44,150 nt of DNA from Pseudomonadota bacterium (GTDB lineage: Bacteria; Bdellovibrionota; Bdellovibrionia; Bdellovibrionales; Bdellovibrionaceae), in assembly GCA_041178425.1 (NCBI GenBank), contig JBEGVH010000037.1:1-44150 (forward strand), written 5' to 3'. Made by a program: the position numbers and the translations under genes. The notes beneath the pieces are model-generated. The model did not search any database. It saw only the letters and a program-made list of their open reading frames with translations, and was not told the DNA's origin. This document shows positions 37,543 through 44,150 of this stretch, in pieces (positions within the stretch are counted from its first letter, which is position 1; every line of letters starts with the position of its first letter).

Positions 37543-37573
37543 TTGACAAGGCGCTTAAAATTGGCTTTAACAT
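37543..37573 (+). promoter_or_regulatory. Possible sigma70 promoter for efp
   Basis: Perfect TTGACA at 37543-37548 and TAACAT at 37568-37573. The 19-bp spacer is longer than optimal. Confidence 0.35.
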
Positions 37574-37637
37574 CGAGCAAAGACTTAAAACGGGCTCCAT
37601 GGACTTTCAATCCGCCCTTCAATTAAAGAGGAATCAA

Positions 37638-38207
37638 ATGTACGAAACCGCCGATTTTAAAAAAGGTTTAAAAGTTCTCCTTGAAGATAACATGCCTTAC
37701 TCAATCGTTGATTTTCAACACGTAAAGCCAGGTAAAGGGAATCAGTTTACAAGAACAAAACTTAGAAATCTCGTTACCGGCCAATTACTCGAAAAAACCT
37801 ATAAATCAGGTGAAAAGTTTGGAGTACCAAACGTCGAAAATAAAGAGATGAGCTTTCTTTATGTGGATGACAACGGCTACAACTTTATGGATCAAACGAG
37901 CTTTGAACAAATCACGATGCACAAAGATGACGTTGGAGAAGCTTCTAATTTTCTCACCGAAAACCTAGTGGTGAACATTCTTATCTTTAACGAAAGAGCT
38001 ATTTCCGTTGAAGTTCCTAAAGCTGTACACCTCAAGGTTGTGCAAACAGACCCTGGACTAAAGGGCAATACAGTCACTGGAGGAAGCAAGCCTGCAACCC
38101 TAGAAACTGGTCTAGTTGTTACCGTTCCTCTTCACATCAACGAAGGAGATACTCTTCGGGTAGATACGTCCACGGGCGAGTATGTGGAACGAGTTGCTAT
38201 TCGCTAG
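37638..38207 (+). CDS. efp: Elongation factor P
   Basis: HVKPGKG loop, FMD...FEQ, KPATLETG and YVER. ATG 37638 follows AGAGG; the track ORF from 37521 is over-extended. Confidence 0.97.
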   Translation: MYETADFKKGLKVLLEDNMPYSIVDFQHVKPGKGNQFTRTKLRNLVTGQLLEKTYKSGEKFGVPNVENKEMSFLYVDDNGYNFMDQTSFEQITMHKDDVGEASNFLTENLVVNILIFNERAISVEVPKAVHLKVVQTDPGLKGNTVTGGSKPATLETGLVVTVPLHINEGDTLRVDTSTGEYVERVAIR

Positions 38208-38214
38208 ATTTACA

Positions 38215-38253
38215 GGGCAGCAGCCGCCATCCAGGCCTCAAGGCGTGCTGCCC
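38215..38253 (+). terminator. GC-rich stem-loop after efp, possible terminator or stabiliser
   Basis: GGGCAGCA/TGCTGCCC outer stem and CGCC/GGCG inner stem. The T tract lies about 13 nt downstream rather than adjacent. Confidence 0.45.
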
Positions 38254-38347
38254 AAACCAGCCTCCCTTTTTTCAATCTTTTGCTTCATAATTTTAGTAGG
38301 GAAACAGAATGTTAATTCCCTGAATTTCCTTAAGGAATGAGGATTTT

Positions 38348-39409
38348 TTGTCGAGGCAAATTGAAACGGATATTCTTAATTTTTCCCAAAAAGGGAAATC
38401 TGACTCAGGGGCATTAAAAGAGCTTCTCAGGAAGTGGCGAACAAAAGGCCTCTCGCCATCTGATGCCAATATCATAGGTCACTTTTTATTTTCCATTAGC
38501 GCCATTGATGATTTAATTTTCTTTTCGGTTGAGAGTATTGAGAAAGATGAGCCTGTAAGTTGGTTCTACCTTGGCAAGGCCTTAAAAATTATTGAACCCA
38601 ACCTCAATGCCCCAATCTACATTGCTCTTAAGGGTTACATTAGTGACTATCGAAAGCTCGACGAGTTTACCTCGAGTGATCTTTTTGATTCTCTTTATCC
38701 GCACGAGGGAGAAGTTAAACTCTCGCAGATTCAAGCTAAAATTCAAATCAAGGAACGTCACCGCCAGACACTTCTTGATCAGATTCGCTTATTCAATCAA
38801 AGTCGAAATTTCAATATTGAAAAACAAGCGATTCAGAAATTTATAAAATTCTATCCAAAGGATAAGACTGGTCGCGAACACCTGCAGAGATTTGAAACAG
38901 AGGAAGTACAGCGATTTTATCAACGATACCGAAATGAACGTCAACGTCAGTGGCGGCCTCTCCCATCGGCTTTTTCATCTGACGAAGAGTCCTGGCTAGA
39001 AAGTCATTTTAAAAGTTTCAGTCAGCACATCAAATCAACAAGCTCAGAAAAAAATGAGTCTTTTGAGCTCTTGGGGTATGCTTACTTTTTTATTTTTGCC
39101 GAAGACTTCCTTCGGGCTTTAAAGCTTGTCGAAATAATGCCCTCAAGTGAGTCGCGAGACTGGTTGCATCTTGATTTGTTAATCTTTAATAATAAATTTG
39201 CCGAGGCCCTTGCTTACTTTAAGTATTTGGATCAATTTTACTCCCAAAGCCCGTCGTACTTTCCTGCTAAGGTCTATTATACGGCCCAATGTTTTTGGGG
39301 CCTAGGTGATCGCCGTAAGGCTATCGAACTTATGGATAGTCTTTTTCAGGTAAAGCCCGACTACCGGCTAACCTCCTCTTTACTCAAGGACTGGAGATCA
39401 GAGCCGTGA
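38348..39409 (+). CDS. Hypothetical helical protein with C-terminal TPR-like repeats
   Basis: 353-aa ORF with a TTG start after GAGG. YYTAQCFWGLGDRRKAIELMDSLFQVKPDY is TPR-like. GTGA overlap with tamB. Confidence 0.72.
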   Translation: MSRQIETDILNFSQKGKSDSGALKELLRKWRTKGLSPSDANIIGHFLFSISAIDDLIFFSVESIEKDEPVSWFYLGKALKIIEPNLNAPIYIALKGYISDYRKLDEFTSSDLFDSLYPHEGEVKLSQIQAKIQIKERHRQTLLDQIRLFNQSRNFNIEKQAIQKFIKFYPKDKTGREHLQRFETEEVQRFYQRYRNERQRQWRPLPSAFSSDEESWLESHFKSFSQHIKSTSSEKNESFELLGYAYFFIFAEDFLRALKLVEIMPSSESRDWLHLDLLIFNNKFAEALAYFKYLDQFYSQSPSYFPAKVYYTAQCFWGLGDRRKAIELMDSLFQVKPDYRLTSSLLKDWRSEP

Positions 39410-42400
39410 GGAAGTTTCTTTGGGTTGTTATTCCATCTGCCATATTTGCCTTTACCCTTGGTTTTCTTTGGCACATCGGCGAAAAAAAATTGACCCAATT
39501 TTTAGTATTAACCGCCAAAAACACCACTAAAGAAAAACTCAACTGGAACCTTGATATTGGAAAAGTAAATCTCCATTTAGCCCCTCCGGGCATCGACGTC
39601 ATCGGAATCCGAGCGTCTCCTCCAAAGGGGGCCACTTGGATTAAACCCGTCAGCATCAAATCCGTAGGTGCGAGCCTAGATTTTCTCAGCTTACTTGCTG
39701 GCCAAATTAAATTTTCGATTATCAAAATCAACGGTATCAGCACTACTTTGTCGGTTGGAGATATCCCATCGTCGGAAAAGCCCATTGAACGCCTTCCAAT
39801 AAAGGAGCTTTTTGAAGCTCTTGAAGTCATTCCCATAAAAATGTTTTTTATTGAAGACACCCAATTGCAACTAAACATTCCCAATTCAAAAAACACTTTC
39901 AGTCTGAACGGAGATATTCTTCTTCAATCAGCACCACAAAACATCAACTATCGCCTCAAGCTCAATTTAGAAGACGAAACTTCTAAAACATCGCAAACTA
40001 ATCCCATCCGTATTCTTTCTAAAGGAATTTTGGGAACAAAAAACTTAAATATTAATCAACTTGAACTAACAACCGGATCTTCAAAAGTTGAACTCCAAGC
40101 TGAGTTTATTAATTTTCAAAAAGTTATCACAAGCCCTCTTCTCTCTGGGTTCACTGATATCTCGATAAACTTGCAAGATATTAATCATTGGCTGAATGCC
40201 TTTTCCCTCACTCAGTACACAGGTCTTAATGGACTTTTGAAAAGCCAAGGAAATTTTCAGCTCATTCAGTGGAATCGACCAAACGCTGAATTAAAGACCT
40301 CCATTCGTGATCTCACCGTTGGTCAAATCAACGCAGGATCCATAGACACGCAAGCTAAACTGGCAGAACATCAATTGGCTCTAACTGATGTTCAATATCA
40401 ACACCCCGCTGGTAATGCTGAGTTCGAGAACATACGCTGGAATTTGAACACCGATGAATTTCGATCACAGATTGATTTAAAATCACTCGATCTTCAGAAG
40501 CTTTTTCAAGAGCTGAATCTTCTGAATATCCCCGTTGACCTTTTGGTATCAAGTCGACTGGATTGCGAAGGAAAAATACTTAAGCCATTTGGACTTTTTT
40601 GCAAAGGGAACGTACGAGGAACCAATTTAGATGTTAGGTCTCAATTCGAAAAAAGAGACTCCACAATCATTAAGCTCAATACCTTTCACGGAGAGGGAAC
40701 GATCAACATAAATTCCGAAGGAGTCAGCTATAGCACCTCAGTGGTTCTCCCTCGTTCAAAAGGCCAATCGCAAGGAACCATAAAATTTGCAACAGGCTTT
40801 ATCATCGACTTCGACTCTGATAACTTTAACTTTGCCGACATGTCTCCGCTCTCTGGTTTGTTGTTCGAGGGCGCAGCGAAACTAAAGGGTCGCACTCAGG
40901 GAGACTCTCAGACTGCCACTCTAGAAATTGGACTGTCAGCGAAAGACTTTTGGTTCGAGAATTTTGGACTTGGTTCTATCGATGGCAAAGTGATTTACCA
41001 AAAAGGCCATCTTCTCATCGATGTTCCCAAGGCCACCTTGACCAACAGCCCTTATGTGGCCTCATTAAATATCGACCTCAGCAATTCAACGATCAAGGGT
41101 CATGTTGAAAGTCCAGATATTCGGGCAGAAGATGCCATTAAGGCTCTCTCTCGGCGCGTGCCAATGCCCTTCACCCTTTCGGGGCACGGTCGAACACGAG
41201 CTCAATTCGAGGGCCCCTTTGAGCTTGGAAAACTCACCTATAAATTCGAAGGTTATCTGCAAAAGGGTGATATTCAGGGTGAAACTTTTGACGAATTAAA
41301 GTGGGACTTAGCCGCGAAAAATGGCCAAGTTTATATTGAAAATAACACTCTCCAAAAAGGAAAAGCTCTCATTACTGTAAACGGCAGAGGGGCTCCCAAT
41401 GGTCATGTTGCCCTTGAGGTGAATGGTAATAACTTTAAACTTGAAAATAGCACCTTTCTTTCTCAATACGTCAAAACCCTAGGTGGGGACATCGATTTTC
41501 ATTCGACAATAACCAATCATATTTTAAAACCAGATGTCTACCTCGAAGCCAAGATCAGTCGCACAACACTTGGAGAATCTGAACTTCCCGACTCGAAAAT
41601 TATATTTGAAACAGACAGTTTTGGAAAATCTCTTACTCTCGATCTCATCGGCCACCAACTTCGCATGGACCTCGATCTGCCATACAAAACTGACGATCCG
41701 GCAAGACTTTTTGTGGAAATTCAAAAGTTTGATTACACTGACTTTATCGGCCTAATCCTTGGTAGCCCTCTACGAAATGACTACACCTCTCTTATCTCAA
41801 TGCGGATGGATATCCAGTCCGATAACAACGACATCTTTGCTGCCTCCGGATTCCTCCGGGTTGATGAGCTTCTTCTTAGTCGTGGAGAACACTCTTTGCG
41901 AAATTCGAAACCGATGTTTATTCAGTTTGATAAGGGCCTTGCCTCACTTCAAAACTTTTCTATCAAGGGCCCAAAATCAGAAATAACAGCCACCGGCTCG
42001 AATTTTAGTCCCAAAAATTTAAAGCTGAACCTGGGTGGTAGTATTGATTTAAGATTGATTCAATTATTTACCCCTTTTCTCGACGACATCAGTGGACCAG
42101 TTAAAGGACAAATCAGTGTTGGTGGAAGTTTAGAATCACCAGAGGTCTATGGGAACGTTGATTTGAATGAAGTCGCTCTTAAATTAAAAGATTTCCCACC
42201 GGTCTTCGATCACATTAACTCACATCTCGAATTTAGCCAAAAGCGCATTATTATTGAAAGCATCAGGGGTTCTTTGGCTGGTGGAACATTATTGGGCGAT
42301 GGAGCCATCACTATTAATGGCGTCAAGGATGTAAAGGTAGACGTAAAGGCCCAGCTTCGAAATCTTCAAATGGAAGTGCCAGAGAACGTTCAAAGCTCCG

Positions 42401-43356
42401 GAAATGCCGATGTTGTACTCTCTGGCTCCACTTTTCCATACACGTTAAGCGGCAGCTATCGAATCACTCAGGCGTTTATTGATAAGGACTTTAGCAGCGA
42501 TTCAGCGGGTACGAATCTCAGGCAGTCGATCTACCTCCCTAAGAATATCGCAATTTCATCTTTCGACCCTATTGTTCTAGATCTACAAGTTCTCCTCGAT
42601 AGAAAGGTCGAAATTCGAAATCCCCAAATGTCTGGATTTCTGAGCGGTCAGATTCAGGTAAAGGGTCCGCCCAGCTCTCCAATTCTGTTAGGATCAATCA
42701 AAACGCTTCCTCAGTCCCAACTTTTTTTTAGAGATAAAATTTTTGATATTCAATCTGGTCTCATCCGATTTACCGACCCTACGGAGATTAACCCAGAGCT
42801 CTACTTTACGGCGCGCTCACTTGTAGATAAATATGAAATCAATCTTCTGCTCCAAGGCCGAGCAAAGAATCCACAGTTGGTGCTTTCGAGTCAGCCAACA
42901 CTCCCCGAGCAAGATATTATCTCGCTACTGGCTCTTGGCCTCACCACACAAAAACTAGATTCACAAATTCAATCCAGTCAACAGGCCGCTCAAACAGGAT
43001 ACCAATTAGGCTCAGCCATCATCTCCGCCAATCCGCTGAATAAAGAAATAAAGCAAAGCTTAGGGGTCGATGTTAAGTTTTCCTCTGGCTTTGATGACAC
43101 TAAAAACGTGGCTCTACCGAGAGTGACCGTTTCGAAAGATCTTATACCGCGAAAACTCAATGCCTCTGCCACCAGTTCGTTCAGCGAAAAACAGCAATAT
43201 GATGTGCGTTTTCAGTATCTCTTGAATGATCGTTTGAGCACCGTTGTTACCTATGAAAAAGCGGAAGGCCAGGCTGGTTCATCAGTTACAGGAACAAGCC
43301 AGCCCGAAACTAGTATTTTTGGTTTGGACCTAGAGTACAAGGTGGAATTCAAATGA
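39406..43356 (+). CDS. tamB: Translocation/assembly module TamB-family protein
   Basis: 1316 aa with an N-terminal anchor, beta-groove repeats and a DUF490-like C-terminus (G.I.F...INPEL...LSSQPTLPEQDIISLLALG...LDLEYKVEFK). Adjacent to an Omp85 gene. Confidence 0.87.
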   Translation: MRKFLWVVIPSAIFAFTLGFLWHIGEKKLTQFLVLTAKNTTKEKLNWNLDIGKVNLHLAPPGIDVIGIRASPPKGATWIKPVSIKSVGASLDFLSLLAGQIKFSIIKINGISTTLSVGDIPSSEKPIERLPIKELFEALEVIPIKMFFIEDTQLQLNIPNSKNTFSLNGDILLQSAPQNINYRLKLNLEDETSKTSQTNPIRILSKGILGTKNLNINQLELTTGSSKVELQAEFINFQKVITSPLLSGFTDISINLQDINHWLNAFSLTQYTGLNGLLKSQGNFQLIQWNRPNAELKTSIRDLTVGQINAGSIDTQAKLAEHQLALTDVQYQHPAGNAEFENIRWNLNTDEFRSQIDLKSLDLQKLFQELNLLNIPVDLLVSSRLDCEGKILKPFGLFCKGNVRGTNLDVRSQFEKRDSTIIKLNTFHGEGTININSEGVSYSTSVVLPRSKGQSQGTIKFATGFIIDFDSDNFNFADMSPLSGLLFEGAAKLKGRTQGDSQTATLEIGLSAKDFWFENFGLGSIDGKVIYQKGHLLIDVPKATLTNSPYVASLNIDLSNSTIKGHVESPDIRAEDAIKALSRRVPMPFTLSGHGRTRAQFEGPFELGKLTYKFEGYLQKGDIQGETFDELKWDLAAKNGQVYIENNTLQKGKALITVNGRGAPNGHVALEVNGNNFKLENSTFLSQYVKTLGGDIDFHSTITNHILKPDVYLEAKISRTTLGESELPDSKIIFETDSFGKSLTLDLIGHQLRMDLDLPYKTDDPARLFVEIQKFDYTDFIGLILGSPLRNDYTSLISMRMDIQSDNNDIFAASGFLRVDELLLSRGEHSLRNSKPMFIQFDKGLASLQNFSIKGPKSEITATGSNFSPKNLKLNLGGSIDLRLIQLFTPFLDDISGPVKGQISVGGSLESPEVYGNVDLNEVALKLKDFPPVFDHINSHLEFSQKRIIIESIRGSLAGGTLLGDGAITINGVKDVKVDVKAQLRNLQMEVPENVQSSGNADVVLSGSTFPYTLSGSYRITQAFIDKDFSSDSAGTNLRQSIYLPKNIAISSFDPIVLDLQVLLDRKVEIRNPQMSGFLSGQIQVKGPPSSPILLGSIKTLPQSQLFFRDKIFDIQSGLIRFTDPTEINPELYFTARSLVDKYEINLLLQGRAKNPQLVLSSQPTLPEQDIISLLALGLTTQKLDSQIQSSQQAAQTGYQLGSAIISANPLNKEIKQSLGVDVKFSSGFDDTKNVALPRVTVSKDLIPRKLNASATSSFSEKQQYDVRFQYLLNDRLSTVVTYEKAEGQAGSSVTGTSQPETSIFGLDLEYKVEFK

Positions 43357-44150
43357 CCCAAATGAGAATCCTCCTTCTATCATTCACTCTCTTTTCGATG
43401 ACCTTTTTTAGTTTCGCCGTTTTGGCAAAACCCATTCAATGGGGAAATTTAAGTGGGGATCTCGTAAAAGAGGTGAGCGAAAAATTTCCAACCCTCAATT
43501 CAGAAACGCCTTCCCTTGAAGAAATCGACAAACTTTTGCGTTATCTAATGAGTAAAGGTAGCTTTGAAGACCTACAGGTCATGGAAGAGAGCTCTCACTA
43601 CAAACTTAAATTTCAACTTCTTAAAAATATCAACCGAGTCATTTTTAATGGAATGATTAGTTTTGATTCAAATGAACTCGTTCAATTACTGCAAATTGAA
43701 CAGGGCCAAAAATTTGATCCACGCTCGATTAGAGACTTTCGGGAAAAAATAAAAACCTATTATACAGACCAAGGATTCTTAAACGTCAACGTAGACATTA
43801 GCATCGCCGAACCAGATGCTAATTTGGTTGATTTGATAGTAACAATTAGAGAAGGAAACCCTGTTCGAATAAAATCTATTTTTATTGATAGCTCCAATAA
43901 AGATCTGTCTGGACGCCTCTCTCGACTTGTAAAAAGAAACATCGGCAAGATTTATAACCCTACTCTAGTTTCGACTATTCCAAAACAAATGCAGGAATTT
44001 TTTCGTGATCGAGGGTATTTGAGAGCAACGATCAGCGGGCCAGAAATTTTTATGGACAGTACCAAAACAACGGTCGATCTTACCTATCACATCGATCGCC
44101 CCGAAAAATACAATGTTATCTTCAGTGGAAATTACATTATTCCTGCGCCG
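43353..44150 (+). CDS. Omp85-family (BamA/TamA-like) POTRA-domain protein, 5' part (absent from the ORF track)
   Basis: Manual translation from ATG 43353 (ATGA overlap with tamB) gives signal peptide MTQMRILLLSFTLFSMTFFSFAVLA, then POTRA-like INRVIFNG...IKTYYTDQGFLNVNV...TIREG and FFRDRGYLRA. Confidence 0.83.
   Translation, partial: MTQMRILLLSFTLFSMTFFSFAVLAKPIQWGNLSGDLVKEVSEKFPTLNSETPSLEEIDKLLRYLMSKGSFEDLQVMEESSHYKLKFQLLKNINRVIFNGMISFDSNELVQLLQIEQGQKFDPRSIRDFREKIKTYYTDQGFLNVNVDISIAEPDANLVDLIVTIREGNPVRIKSIFIDSSNKDLSGRLSRLVKRNIGKIYNPTLVSTIPKQMQEFFRDRGYLRATISGPEIFMDSTKTTVDLTYHIDRPEKYNVIFSGNYIIPAP

Noticed and set aside
37521..37637. 39-aa N-terminal extension on EF-P
   Set aside because: An artefact of the longest-ORF call: the RBS and homology start at 37638, and the region holds a TTGACA promoter element.
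38215..38253. SRP RNA or other ncRNA after efp
   Set aside because: Too short and lacks the SRP domain IV signature; treated as a simple hairpin.
1..44150. CRISPR arrays, tRNA/rRNA, transposases, integrases, prophage or defence genes, and the many 60-170 aa ORFs nested in long genes
   Set aside because: No repeat-spacer pattern, RNA-gene signature or mobile/defence motif was seen. The nested ORFs lie antisense or out of frame within well-supported genes.

Overview
A gene-dense bacterial chromosomal window of mostly housekeeping and envelope genes. I found no rRNA, tRNA, CRISPR array or mobile element. Gene content (fused CcoNO, GYF-TM-TPR protein, tamB placed before an Omp85 gene, many orphan secreted proteins) suggests a Bdellovibrionota-like Gram-negative organism; this is inference. 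In order: the 5' part of a CzcA/CusA RND pump, an NPP/alkaline-phosphatase-family lipoprotein, an ALDH, an AsmA-like protein, a shikimate cluster (chorismate mutase, a trifunctional AroK-AroD-AroE fusion, aroA, aroB), an esterase, a Tat-exported flavoprotein, a cbb3 oxidase operon (ccoI-S-NO-Q-P-G; ccoQ is missing from the ORF track), tyrS, a 71-aa HisKA-like protein, an APC permease, cysE, purH, an EEP nuclease, proBA, a beta-barrel OMP, gpx, efp and a TPR-tamB-Omp85 operon. The most notable signals are: (1) aroA coupled to an AroK-D-E fusion next to an inverted aroB, which reproduces the domain order of eukaryotic AROM; (2) an apparently catalytically dead cysteine-desulfurase-fold protein coupled to proBA; (3) a stand-alone histidine-kinase DHp mini-protein behind tyrS. 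All calls rest on motif recognition by eye; no searches were run.
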